A stretch of DNA of 64,000 bases from Malacoraja senta (Eukaryota): the NCBI GenBank assembly GCA_038087875.1, contig CM075988.1, positions 18,354,001 to 18,418,000 on the forward strand, read 5' to 3'. The position numbers and the translations under genes were made by a program. The notes under the pieces were generated by a model, which worked only from the letters and a program-made list of their open reading frames with translations, had not been told where the DNA came from and made no database searches. Positions 49,702 through 63,125 of this stretch are shown here, piece by piece (the first letter of the stretch is position 1; each line of letters begins with the position of its first letter).

Positions 49702-51824
49702 TATCTGTAGCTTCTTGTGTCTCCATCTTAATATCAAAGCTTCTAGTTAACCCAGCCCAGTAAAATGAACTCACAGCCACCTGTCCTTGTTCAACCTATT
49801 AACACTTCATTACAAGCTGCGAGCAATGGGAGTGCGGTGAGATGCGGGGCTAAGGATGAACTGGGACAAAGTATGGGATATGCTGCATGGTTTCCTCAGT
49901 GGCGTGGAGCAGAGAGCAGATGACACAAGCTTAGTTTTGTTTAGAGATACAGCGTGGAAACAGGCCTTCGGCCCACCGTGTCCATGCCAACCATCCATCA
50001 TCCATACACCAGTTATGTCATACACACTAGGGACTATTTAACCATTTTAGCAAAGGCAATTAATCTACAAACCAGCGAATATCCCTACACACATCGTACG
50101 CACAAGGGACAATTTACAGAAGCCATGGTCGAATGCCAGAGCAGACTCGATGGGCCGAATAGCCTAATTCTGGCCCTATGGCGTATGGAACGTGTCTACC
50201 ATGGCGCAGCGATGGGAGAGGCCGTGACCGTTACCTGCAGTTACTCCAGCACTTAGCGTCTTTGTTTGGAATTAACTAGCATCTGCAGTTACCTTTGTCT
50301 AGTGTTTGCTGAAATCAGACAGGACAATAGTCGGGTTTCAAGCATCAGTCTGGATGTGTTCCACAAGAGAACAATCTGTAATTAATATCTTTTCTGCTAG
50401 AGTTCCCATGGTTCACAGTGTTCCTCTCCCGCCCACCGCCAGTAAAACATCTCTAGTGTTCTATGGGCCACAGTGAACTGTCCACACCTCCCGAGACACA
50501 ATGACATCCAACCACAATGTCAACAGGAAGCGGGTGTGATTTAGCTTGGAGACACACCAAAGAAAAGGCCCTTTGGCCCATCGGTTCCACGCCAACCATC
50601 GATCACACTAGTTCCATGTTGTCCCACTGTCTCATCCACTCCCTGCACACCAGGGGCAATTTGCAGAGGGCCAATTAACACATACACCTTTAGGATGTGG
50701 CAGGAAACCGGATAGCCCGGAGGAAATCCAGGCCGTCACGGGGAGAACATGCAAACTTCACACAGACAGCACCCGAGGTCAGGAACGAACCCAGTTCTCT
50801 GGCACCGTGAGGCAGTAGTTCCACCCGCTGCGCCAATATGCCGCCTTAAAAATAGTTCAGAAACAAATTCACTCCAGAGCGAAAGCTCAAACCCTAGAGA
50901 TACTCAGCAGGTCAGGCAGCATCTGTAGCACGACAAACATATTTAATGTTTCAGGTTTGATACCATTCATCGGACAAAGTGTTCAAAGGATCCCACAGCT
51001 GAAACACAAATCCTGTCTCCCACCACATATGCTGCCGATGTTCGCTTTTGTTTCAGATTTAAAGCATTTGCAGTTATTTTTATTTATTTTAATTTTTATT
51101 TCAGAACAAGTAAGAAATCACGAGGGGAATAGTTAGAGTGAACGCACATAGTTTAGTTAAAAGATACAGCGTGGAAACGCCCTTCAGCCCACTGAGTCCG
51201 TGGCGACCAGCGATCACCCTGTACACTAGAATTATCCGACACACTACAGACAACGTACAATTATTTCCAAAGCCAATTAACCTACAAACCTGTTCGACTT
51301 TGGACTGTGCGAGGAAACCAGAGCTCCCGTAGAAAACCCACGTGGTCACAGGGAGAACGTACAAACTCCGTACAGACAGCACCGAGCGGTAGTCAGGATG
51401 GAACGTGGGTCTCTGGCGCTGTAGGGCAGCAACTCGCTTTGTTAATTGGCTTCTGTAAATTGTGAATCGTCCCGAGTGTGCAGGATAGTAGTGTATGGCT
51501 GATCGCTAGTCGGTGTGGACCGAACGGCCCGCTTCCATGCTGTATCTCTGAACGAAACTGATCAGAGGAGGTTAAGAGGGAACACGATGAAGCACATGGA
51601 TCGGGTAGACTGCAGGAAACCTTCCCTCTGATCAGAGGTGAATGAAACTAGAGAGCACGGGTTTTGGGGAAGGGGGAAGCGGTTGAGAGGAGATCTGAGG
51701 GGAACCTTTATCACCCAGAGAGCAGTGAGCATGTGGAACACACTGGCAGGGTGGGTGGTGGAAGCAGGGTTGCTGACATTGTTGACGAATTGTCCAGACG
51801 AGCCCTTGAATCACCCAGGTAGTG

Positions 51825-52099
51825 GGGTGCGCAAAGATATGAAGCAGGTATATCCCTTTTATTATTATTATTATTTTTTTAATTATTTTTTAATTTTTTA
51901 TTTTCTTCTCTCTCTTTTTCACGAACTATCACTTTCACTACCCTACCTAACTTTCTCTTCCTCTCTTTTTCTTGCTTCTACTACTTTCTTATTATTAAAT
52001 TTAAAAACAAGAAGTTGTACATGAAATGTATTATATTATTCTTGGTTTATACTTCTGTGTATGACTTCTAATAAAAAATATAAAATAAAAATAAATAAT
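51825..52099 (+). mobile_element. L1/Tx1-like 3' tail with 16-bp TSD inside a CR1 fragment
   Basis: AATCACCCAGGTAGTG (51809-51824) / AATCGGCCAGGTAGTG (52100-52115); ends ACTTCTAATAAA plus an A-rich tail. Confidence 0.75.
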
Positions 52100-53081
52100 A
52101 ATCGGCCAGGTAGTGAAGGCCATGGCCAAGTGCATGAAGATGAGATGAATCCTGATGGGTGCTCACTGGTTGGCATGGAGGTGATGGACAGAATGGCCTA
52201 TTTCCATGCTGCATGGCTTTGGCCTGGATTTGAAGGGTGTGATGGCCTGGGACTCTGTACAGTGGAGGAGATCAAACCCCTCATCAATTAGTCCTGTGCC
52301 AAAGCCCAAACACCACACATCTCCCCTGGCACAGAACCACCTGGTCCTCTTCCAGACGCAAATGAATCTCTTTCATGCCACTTCATGATCAGCCCGGAGA
52401 TATAATTCAGCTGAAGAAGCAAGAGACAGAATTCCTGGTTTACAAGCCAGAAATTCCAAAATAAGATTCGACTTGTCGTTTGAAAAGTTTTCTTGTATGC
52501 AAGTGTTCTGCCAAAGAGCGCACACTCAGTCATTAGTCAAACCAAAATTACACAGCCCAGCTGTCCCTTGACAACAGGCCCTGTGAGCAGGGGACTGGTG
52601 AAGGATATCGGCACTGCAATAATTCCAGGTATCCAACCGAAGCAATAAGACTTTAGAGACACATCGCGGGAGAAGGTCCTTTGGTCCACCGAGTCCACGC
52701 CGCCCAGCGATCAGCCCGTACACTATCCTCCACACACTAGGGACAATTTTACTAACTTACCGCAACCAATTCACCTTCAAACCCACACGTCTTTGGATTG
52801 TGGTTGGAAACCAGCGCACCCAGAGAAAACCCACGCGGTCACAGGGAGAAGGTACACAGCGCCGTACATACGGCACCCGTAGTCTGGATCGAACTGGGTC
52901 TCTGCGCTGTGAGGCAGCAACTCTACCGATGCCCCACTGTGCTGCCCTGGACAAGTTCGGTAAATATGTAGACTCAAAATAACTCAGCATCTCTGGACAA
53001 AAGGAATGGGTGACGTTACAGGTCGAGACCCTTACCTCTGTCCAAATGTTACAGTCACAGAACCGTACAAGTGCGGAAACA

Positions 53082-53936
53082 GTCATAGTCAGCAGTGTTC
53101 AAACCGACCTTTAAACAAATCACTCTTCCACCCTAGTGGCCCTCTGGGGAGATATCCCTTCCTTTGTTTGAGGGGTGTCCCCACTGGCCCCTCGATGTCC
53201 AGCAGCAGAACGACCCTACACTGTGGTCCTCCCCCACAGATATTACAAATAAAGGTTCATTGGATGTATCTTGCACTGAGCGTTATTCCCTTTATCCTGT
53301 ATCTGTACCCTGTGGACGGCTTGATTGTATTCCTGTACAGTCTTTTCACTGACTGCATAGCACGCAACAAAGAGCTTTTCACTGTACCTCGGTACACGTG
53401 ACAATAAGAAACTAAATTAGAAACAGAATATTTTTTCAAAAACATTGAGAGTGGTTTACACATCGTGCAGCTTAACACTTTGACTGAAAGTGTTACATCT
53501 TTCAGTGCCACAAAATATTCAATGGCTAATCAAATACAAGGACTTTCACACCACTTTAACAAGTTTCTAATGCGCCCTGGCCACGCTCTCATCTCGCTGC
53601 TACCATCGGGTAGAAGGTACAGGAGCCTGTAAAATATAACAGCTTCTTCCTAATAACCATCAGGCACTTGAACACTACACAACACTAACCCCAGCAGCTG
53701 TGATCTTCTATGGACGTTGTCGTTGGTTGCACTACAGGCTTTGGCTTTGCACGATTATTGGTGCCTTGTATTAAGATTATTAATCGATTGCATTTTTGAT
53801 GATTGGATATTTTCATGTGTGTTATTGCGTTTATGTGCCTGTAAAGCTGCAGCAGCTAAGATTTTCATTGCTCCATTGCCAGTACATACGCCAATTCAAC
53901 ACCCTTGACTCTTACCCTTAATGTAAATTGCTTTCA
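53082..53936 (+). repeat. Inverted duplication, left arm
   Basis: Reverse complement of 54791-55839, including unique-looking sequence and identical repeat junctions. Confidence 0.9.
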
Positions 53937-54036
53937 TCATCAATATACCATTGAAAATTCTTTGGTGCAGTTTGGTGTTCCTTCCACAGGATTCAGCCCT
54001 TACACAGCAACTTGGGACAGATGTGCAAGTGCCTGA

Positions 54037-54205
54037 AGGACCTGTCCCACTTGGGCGTCATTTGCGCGACATCATTTACGCGTGCATGGCGTGCATTACG
54101 CGTGGTGGCGTAGACAGTGACGCGCGATCACATGCGGTGCCCCAGGATTTTGGGACTCACAAAATCTTCGTGACACGCAAATGACACCCAAGTGGGACAG
54201 GCCCT
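54037..54205. mobile_element. MITE with about 30-bp TIRs (PIF/Harbinger-like or TTAA-type)
   Basis: AGGACCTGTCCCACTTGGGCGTCATTTGCG ... CGCAAATGACACCCAAGTGGGACAGGCCCT, flanked by TGA/TAA. Confidence 0.75.
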
Positions 54206-54790
54206 TAACTCGGTGCAGAATGTAACAGTTTGCTTTCAGTTGGGTCTAAGCCAGATTGATCAGCTTGCGGTTGGCGTGAATAGCCACTAATGATCACCTG
54301 TCCCCCCGTGGTGATTAAATGTGATTCCTGCAGGAAGAGGCAGCCTCTCCCCTCATCAAAATGCGTGCGCGAGTTAAATTAGAGGCACACGACAAAATCA
54401 TCTGTCACCTCCCACACAGACTGAGGCATCAAAGTGAGAGGCTGAGATTTTTAACCAAATTATCTGCCTGCGCCAATCATTGGTATTAAAAGGTTAGTCG
54501 TTTCCACAACAGTTCCCAAGCATTCCATTAAGTGACACATCACAGAGTATTAAACACACCGTGTACAAGTGCCCATGTTATTGAGTATTAATCTAATCAT
54601 CTGCTGTGCAGGAAGGAAATGCAGATGCTGATTTAAACTGAAGATAAAGACAAGAAATGCCGCAGTAACTCAGCGGGTCAGGCAGCATCTCTAGAGAAAA
54701 GGAATAGGTGACGTTTTGGATTGAGACCCTTCTTCATTGTGCCTGGCCTCTGTTATGAACAGTGAAATCGATTCACTTGGGCAGACAGCT

Positions 54791-55839
54791 TGAAAGCAAT
54801 TTACATTAAGGGTAAGAGTCAAGGGCACCGTCCATAGAAGATCACAGCTGCTGAGGTTAGTGTTAGTGCAGTGTTCAAGAGCCTGATGGTTATTAGGAAG
54901 AAGCTGGGGGGTTTTCAGGCTCCTGTACCTTCTACCCAATGGTAGCAGCGAGATGAGAGTGTGGCCAGGGCGCATTAGAAACTTGTTAAAGTGGTGTGAA
55001 AGTCCTTGTATTTGATTAGCCACTGAATATTTCGTGGCACTGAAAGATGTAACACTTTCGGTCAAAGTGTTAAGCTGCACGATGTGTAAACCACTCTCGA
55101 CGTTTAAAAAAAAATCTAATTTAGTTTCTTATTGTCACGTGTACCGAGGTACAGTGAAAAGCTCTTTGTTGCGTGCTATTCAGTCAGTGAAAAGACTGTA
55201 CAGGAATACAATCAAGCCGTCCACAGGGTACAGATACAGGATAAAGGGAATAACGCTCAGTGCAAGATACATCCAATGAACCTTTATTGGTAATATCTGT
55301 GGGGGAGGACCACAGTCTAGGGTCGTTCTGCTGCTGGACATCGAGGGGCTGAGTCCAGTGGGGGCACACCTCAAACAAGGGAAGGGATATCACCCCAGAG
55401 GGCCACTAGAGTGGAAGAGTGATTTGTTTAAAGCAGGGGTGAGGAACCTTTTCATGTTGGAATGCCGCATTAAGTTAGCTGGCCGCAATAAGGCCGCATC
55501 CAAGAAACTTCAATTAGATACACTTCAAAATGTACATTATTTTGTTAAAATAGCCCTCATGACTTACTAATGTTTTAATTGTGGCCGTCAGTCGGGGAGG
55601 TTTATTTCGTTGAATCTTCTTTTACTCTTTGGTATTTTAAATACGTTCATTTTAAGATTAAAATAAAAATAATAAAAGATGAACAAAAACATATTAATAA
55701 TAATAAAAAGATTTGTTCTACAAAATTTGGATTAATTCAAAAGGCCGCACTTAAAGGCCTTGAAGGCCGCATGCGGCCTTAAGGTACCAGGTTCCCCACC
55801 CCTGGTTTAAAGGCAGGTTTGAACTCTGCTGAGTATGAC
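54791..55839 (-). repeat. Inverted duplication, right arm (about 180-bp deletion and one MITE insertion)
   Basis: Lacks the counterpart of about 53720-53901; interrupted at 55434-55804. Confidence 0.9.
55434..55804. mobile_element. hAT (Charlie-like) MITE with 8-bp TSD
   Basis: TIRs CAGGGGTGAGGAACCT / AGGTTCCCCACCCCTG; TSD GTTTAAAG (55426-55433, 55805-55812); subterminal GGCCGCA motifs; the empty site is present in the left arm. Confidence 0.9.
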
Positions 55840-58113
55840 ACTAATGAATGCACGTCTGAATTTTTGTTGTTGTGAATGAATGAAAATGCCTGAATTTTTT
55901 GTTGTTTTCTGTATAATTTTTATCCTGAATAAAGTTTATTTTTGGAAAAAAAGAAAGAAGTACAGGGACTACAGACTAGATTGTGCTCAACCAAACTACA
56001 AAGGTGCAGATGCTGGAAGTCTGAGATAAAAACAGAAAACTTTGGCAATACTTGCCAGTTTTTGGCAGCATCTGAGCAGAGAAAAATGAAAGGCCATTGA
56101 CTGAGCTTTAGTTTAGTATAAACGTACAGCATGGCAACAGTTGGGGGTTTAGTCAGGGCAACGCAGCCATGCATTTAGCCGAGATTCTGCATAAAACGTA
56201 ACCGCGCGCGGCACCGTGGCAGAACTGCTGCTTTACAGTGCCAGACACTTAGGGTCGATCCTGACCACAGGTGTTGTCTGAATGGAGTTTGTACGAGGTG
56301 ATTGTTGGTCACCATGTAAGCAAACTGATACCAACTCGTTGGGCCTATTTCCACACTGTATCTTTAAACTAAACTCTGGGTGGCACAGTGGTTCGATCCC
56401 GACTACGGGTGCTTGTCTGTACGGAGTTTGTAAATTATCCCCGTGACCTGCGTGGGTTTTCTCCAGGAGCTCCAGTTTCCTCCCACACTCCAAAGACGTA
56501 CAGGTTTGCAGGTTAATTGGCTTTGGTATAATTGTAAATTTTCCCTAGTGTCTGGAGCATCGCGTTAACGTACAGGGTGGGCCGAAGGGCCTGTTTCCAC
56601 GCTGTATCTTCAAGCTAAATTAAACAACGCTGGGTCGGGTGTCATCGTGCCTGGATAATTGATCTCCCCATCGCCGAACCTTGCCCCTCCAGTGGCCGGG
56701 GTAAGGAGCCGGTGGATCGGCCATGGTGAGGCAGGCTTTGCTGATGTTCAGCTCTCAGTGTCTGAATGTCGGCTCTGTATGCATTTGCATCAATTTGCTT
56801 ACATTACCAGCTGCTAATGGCACGCTGTCTGCTACTTCCCTTCCACCTCATTTCTTCCCGCACCATCCCAGACATGGTATTCATGAGCCTCGCGGTAAAT
56901 ATGTGTGTAAACATGTTTCAAAACAGATTAATAAAGCCAATCTAGCTTCTCTTTCGGGACTTCAGTCAATAGCCACCGCGTCGTACGTGAACATGAGCGC
57001 GGCAGTGGAATCGTGAAATCACTGACGTGCCACTAATTACGGTTAACACTTGCATGCAACACCTTGACACACGCGCGCTAGACGTGATAACACACGTCAT
57101 CCAAACTAAACCAGGGGCCTGGTGCAGTGACTGGGTGCGTGGTAGAGTGGGCAGGAGGGGTGGCAAAGAGCATCCTTAGAGGAGAATGTACGATACGATA
57201 CCATACAAAAAATAAAATTATCCCAGGAGGGAAATTGATCTGCCAACAGTCGTAAAACACATGAAATTAAAGTGACGAGTAGAAAGGATTGGGGATTGGG
57301 AGGGGTTGGGGGGGGGGGGGGTCAGTCTACCCACCGACAGACTCCCCTAGGTAAGGGGAGATTATAGAGTTAATGGCCAGACCCTTAACAGCATTGATAT
57401 GCAGAGGGATCTTGGAGTCCAAGTTCATAGCTCAACACAAGTTGTAAAGAAGGCATGCGGAGGTTTGGGTACAAGAGTCGGGAAGCCATGATACAGCACT
57501 ATTGGACTTTGATTAGGCCGCATTTGGAGGGTAAGTTGGGCTGAAGGGCCTGTTTCCTTGCTCTAAGACTCTATACTCTATGTTGATAAATGTTCTTGTG
57601 AAGGCAACAATGAGATTGGATGGTGAGAATGAGTGACAGGCCCCATAAGCCTAATTGTATCTGCTTCCTCTGGCAGCTCCTTCCAGACACGGACTACCCT
57701 CAGAATGAAAATATTGCCTTCTGAGGTCCCTCATATCTCACCACTCTCATCTGAAGGATGGTCGCAATCTGAAATGTCACCTGTCTATTCCCTTCCACAG
57801 ATACTGCCTGACCTGCTGTGTTCTTCCTGCACTTTGCCTTGTTGTAATAAGAACCCTGGTACACCAATGCCTCGAAGGTGAGGAAATCTGCCACCTCTAC
57901 ACAGACTGTCCCAAATCCACTCGCTAAATTAGCCCAACAAACCGCTCTGTTTGAGGGCAATTAAAAATAGGCAATAAATGCCAAGTTTAGATGGTAACAG
58001 CAACTCCCAAAAGATGAGCAAGACCTGAGGAAGCAGTTGAGACAGGAACAATTGCAACATTTAGAAGACACTTGGACAGGTACAGGTAATTGGCTTCGGT
58101 AAAAATTGTCCCT

Positions 58114-58407
58114 AGTTTAAGAATAAGGAGTAAGCCATTTAGAACGGAGACGAGGAAACACTTTTTCTCACAGAGAGTGGTCGGTGGAATTCTCTGCCTC
58201 AGAGGGCGGTGGAGGCAGGTTCTCTGGATGCTTTCAAGAGAGAGCTAGATCGGGCTCTTAAAAATAGCGGAGTCAGGGGATATGGGGAGAAGGCAGGAAC
58301 GAGGTACTGATTGTGGATGATCAGCCATGATCACATTGAATGGCGGTGCTGGCTCGAAGGGCCGAATGGCCTACTCCTGCGCCTATTATCTATTGTCCAT
58401 TGTCTAT
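58114..58407 (+). mobile_element. Young CR1 3' end inserted in a V-SINE tail
   Basis: Nearly identical to 1671-1958. Confidence 0.85.
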
Positions 58408-59251
58408 GTAGGATAGTGCTAGTGCACAGGGAGATTGCTGGTTGCCACCGACTCGGTGGACTTAAGGACCTGTTTCCCGCGCTGCATCTCTAAAGGCTAT
58501 ATTTCCATCTAGGTGTAGAAGTGTTTGTGTAATACAGGATGCCGGGAAATTCCATCACAACCAAGGTTGCAGTTTTCCATCTGCTCGTGTTAAAAGATAA
58601 TTGAATTTTATTTCTGAAACTACATACAATGAAAATGGCAACAGGATTTTACTTGACAACTCTCCACTGAGGCAAAGGTTATTAAAAGCAGTTTTTCTTT
58701 CAAGTGTTATTACACGGAGATGGTTTGTGTACAATATGATATAATTACCTGCATTGAACGGAGAGGGTTTGTAAAATTTGTAGACATTTAAACACAGCAG
58801 ATGGTTAGAATCTTTTTTATCGGTAACATTAATTCTGATGTTGCATTCCATGTTGCGACCTGCATACCGATGAGATTTGCAGTTAATTCAATATTTATTT
58901 AGTGCATTTGATCAAATGCATCAAACTCTGTGAACCAGCCTTCCAGGAATAATCAACCTGATCCACCTCGTTTCTGACGGAACACGTGGAAATTAGAACA
59001 TTAAAGACTTCTAAGTCCCGGCCAAATTAAAGAAGGTCCTCGCTCTTCTCAGTGGCAGGCTGGAGCCAGTTATAGCCCTCGATGAATTCCCAAGTCGGAG
59101 AAGAAACCATTGAAGCCCATTAGATTAAAAAACCAAAGCTCACCAAACAAAGGTCAACTGACATCATCGTTTGGGGGGGTCTGGCAAAGATAACATCTAA
59201 CTGGGTGGGACAATGAATCATCACAAGATGGACCTCGACCCGAAACGTCAC

Positions 59252-59667
59252 ATAGAAACATAGAAAATAGGTGCACGAATAGGCCATTCGGCCCTTCGAG
59301 TCAGCACCGCCATTCAATATGATCATGGCTGATCATCTAAAATCTGTACCCCGTTCCAGCTTTTTCCCCATATCCCTTGATTCCTTTAGCCCTACGAGAG
59401 TTAGATTTAACTCTCTCTTGAAAACATCCAGTGAATTGGCCTCCACTGCCTTCTGTGGTAGAGAATTCCACAGATTCACAACTCTCTGGGTGAAAATGTG
59501 TTTCCTCATCTCAGTCCTAAATGGCCTCCCCCTTATTCTTAAACTGTGACACCTGGTTCTGGACTCCCCCAACGTCGGAAGCATTTTTCCTGCATCTAGC
59601 CTGTCCAATCCTTTAAGAATTTTATATGTTTCTGTAAGATATCCTCTCATCCTTCTAAATACCAGTA
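59252..59667 (-). mobile_element. CR1 LINE 3' end
   Basis: Minus frame RRMRGYLTETYKILKGLDRLDAGKMLPTLGESRTRCHSLRIRGRPFRTEMRKHIFTQRVVNLWNSLPQKAVEA. Confidence 0.9.
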
Positions 59668-61514
59668 GCCGAGTCACCTATTCCTTTTTTCCAGAGATGC
59701 TGCCTGAATCTGGAATTAATTGCCACAGAAGGCTGTGGAGACCAAGTCAATGGATATTTTCAAGGCAGAGATAGATAGATTCTCGATTAGTAGGGGTGTC
59801 AGGGGGAGAAGGCAGGAGAATGGGGTTAGGAGGGAGAGATAGATTAGCCATGATTGAATGGCAATGTAGACTTGATGGGCCGAATGGCCTAATTCTGCTC
59901 CTACCGTTGATGAACATGAGTCTGAAGAAGGGTCTCGACCTGAAGTGCCACCCATTCATTCTCTCCAGAGATGCTGCCTGTCTCGCTGAGTTACTCCAGC
60001 AATAAATGCAAGACCACATTTCTTTCGTTCCCATTGCCACCTCTGAGCAAGTTACAGATAATCCTGAAGAATTAAATACTAAGCACTTGGCACGGGTCCT
60101 AATTATCCACTACATATTCAATTATTGACCAGTGACGAAAGACAGCACTGCATAGTCTCCACACACACACACACACGGCAAAAGATAAATTGCCCAAGCA
60201 GCTACCAGCATCACAATAAATATTTTAATGCAATCGTGAAGCAATTGCACCAAGTTGGTAAATGCAGTTCAGAAGCGCAATGTTTGGACTTACATCACAA
60301 CAACCAAAGTAATTGATTTCTCTTGTAAAACAGCATGTTTGTGAAGTACGTTCCCGGTCTGAAATATGAACTCTTTCTCCCTCTGTGGCAATTAAATCCA
60401 TTCCCTGTATTTCTAGCAATTTCCCATTTTTATTCAGATTTACTTCCTCTCACTTTCCTTGTCTCTGTAACCTCCTCTGGTGTTTAATCCCGAGAACAAA
60501 CCCCTTTAATTCCACCTGGTCAATGTTCGGATGTAACCGCTGACCATGTGCTTCAGTCTCCAGGGCTTTGCTTTCTGCCATCCCTCTCCCTGAAGAACCA
60601 CACTTCATCCTCTCTACCGACCTCCCTGACAAAGGCTCATCCACCCTCAGATCATAGAGTTATAGAGTCATAGGGTCACAGAGTGTGGAAACAGGTCATT
60701 CGACTAAGTATGAAGAAGGGTCTCGACCCGAAACGTCACCCATTCCTTCTCTCCAGGGATGCTGCCTGTCCCGCTGAGTTACTCCAACTTTTTGTGTCTA
60801 CCTTCAGTTTAAACCAGCAGGTGCAGTTCCTTTCGACCCAACTTGCCCACTCCGACCAACTTGCCCACTCCGACCAACATGCCCCATCTACACCAGTCCC
60901 ATCTGCCTGCATCTGTGTGGGTTTGTAGGTCGATTGGCTTCTGTAAATCGTCCCTACTGCGTCAGATAGAACCAATGTGAACGGGTGATGGCTGGCCGGC
61001 ACGGTCTCGGTGGGCCGAAGGGCCTGTTCGCACGCTGCATCTCTAGACCCAAGTTGGGGCAACTTGGCGTACAGAGCCCCCAGGGTGAACTTGGCTCCCC
61101 TGAAGCGATCCATGCCAGGGAGAGAGACGGGCAGCCACTGAAGTCAGACAAACACAGTGGCCTGCGTAACTTGCACAGGGAGTGATTTACAGGGACAATC
61201 AGCGCAGCCCACGAGTCCTGTATCTTCGCGGCACGGCTGGAGAAGCGCGGTCACAGATTTATTTCAGTGTTATCTGTACAAACCTTACAGGCAGCTAAAC
61301 CAAACAAGGGCTGCAAAGCATTCACATTTAAACGCGTCATCTTTTTTTTTTACTATCAGAATAAAATCTGCACAAGGAGTCCGGAACGAGAATTCATAAA
61401 ATTTTAACTGGCTCCGAGCTAATGGCCCAGACTGCCTGTTAATAGGATCATTAAATGGATCTTGCTTGGCGCTGTTTGTGAGGATCAGGCCCGTTTCCAA
61501 TGGAGCTGAGGTGT

Positions 61515-61990
61515 AGACTTTAGACTTTAAACAGGCCCTTCGGCCCACCGAGTCCACACCGACCAGCAATCTCCGCACACTAGCACTATCCCACACACTG
61601 GGGACAGTTTGCAGAAGCCAATTAACCTACAAACCTGTACGCTTTTGCCTTGTGGGAGGATACCAGAGAACCTAGTGAAACCAGGTGGTATGACTGTAGA
61701 GTTGCTGCCTCACAGCGCCAGAGACCCACGTCCGATCCTGACTACAGGTGCTGTCTGTATGGAGTTTGTACGTTCTCCCCGTGACCGCGTGGGTTTTCCC
61801 CAGGTGCCTCGGTTTCCTCCCACACTCCAAAGATATCCAGGTTTGTAGGTTTGTGATATGGTTTTGGTAAAAATTGTATATTGTCCTAGTCTGTAGGACA
61901 GTGCTGGTGTAAAAGTGTGATCGCTGGTCAGCACGGGCTCAGTGGGCCGAAGGGCCTGTTTCCGCGCTGCATCTCTAAACTACACTAAAA
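61515..61990. mobile_element. V-SINE inverted pair (61515-61675 minus 3' half; 61683-61990 plus)
   Basis: Recognisable SINE core and tails. Confidence 0.8.
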
Positions 61991-62261
61991 ACCCACGGGT
62001 TCACGGGAGAACGTACAAACTCCTTACAGACAGCACCCATAGTCAGGATCGAACCCTGGTCTCTGACGCAGGTCAGGCAGCATCTCTGGTGAACGGTGGA
62101 GAGGTGATGTTTAGCTCGAGACCTTGTTCAGACTGATCAAACATATCCATGTTTTCCACAGATGCAGCCTGACCTGCTGCTTGCTCCAGCACTTTGTGAT
62201 AATGTTTCAGAATGTTCCAAGGTGAACACTATCTGCTGACTAGGAACCCATTCCTGTACAA

Positions 62262-62577
62262 CATAAGTTCAGAAGTCATAAGAGCAGAATTAGGTCATTT
62301 GGCCCATCAAATCTCCTCCGCCATTCAATCATGGCTGATCTAACCCCATTCTCCTGCCTCCTCCCCATAACCCCCGACCCCCTTACTAGTCAAAGAACCT
62401 GTCAATCTCCGCCTTGAAAATATCCATTGATGGCCTCCATAGCTGTCTGTTGCAATCAATTCCACAGATTCACCACCCTCTGACTGAAGAAATTCCTCCT
62501 CATCTCCTTTCTAAAGGTAGGTCCATTTGTTCTGAGGATGGCCTCTGGTCCGAGACTCTCCCACTAGTGGAAACATC
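62262..62577 (-). mobile_element. CR1 LINE 3' end
   Basis: Same family as 6090-6398 and 23145-23467. Confidence 0.85.
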
Positions 62578-63019
62578 AACAAATCCTCTGCGTGAAAACT
62601 TGGGAATCTTCAGAAGGTAGAAAACTACTGAGAAGCGGCACCAAACAGCAAATGGTCAATATAACATCAAAGCAGCACAGTTGGTCGTTGGGGCGGTGAC
62701 GAAGGAGATATTCCAAGTAAAGGTTTATTCGTTTAAACCAGCATCTGGCGACCATCGAGAGTGGCTCACACTTCGTGTAGCTCGACACTCTGACCACAAC
62801 TTACAACTCCCTTGCCTCCAATGGAAGGACGTCTTTCCCAGTTTCCTGTGGTAGCAAGCTAAACTTCTGCTGTAAATCACTGTGGGCTCTGCATCGAGAT
62901 TGAGTGACATTTGGCCGCTACTGCTTTGCTCTTACATTGAACAATACAGCACAGGAACTGACCCATTTGCCCATCATGTTTGAGGCAAACTTGATGCCAA
63001 CTCACATACCACATGCCTT

Positions 63020-63125
63020 GGATAGAGTGTCTCGGATATATCTGATCAGACCTGGGAGGTTTGTCTACCTTCATATGCATGAGGACCTTCAGCACCTCCT
63101 TGATCGTAATACTCACTGCCCTCAG
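63020..63125 (-). pseudogene. CR1 ORF2 internal fragment
   Basis: ITIKEVLKVLMHMKVDKPPRSDQIYPR, resembling K.DKSPGPD.I.PR. Confidence 0.7.
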
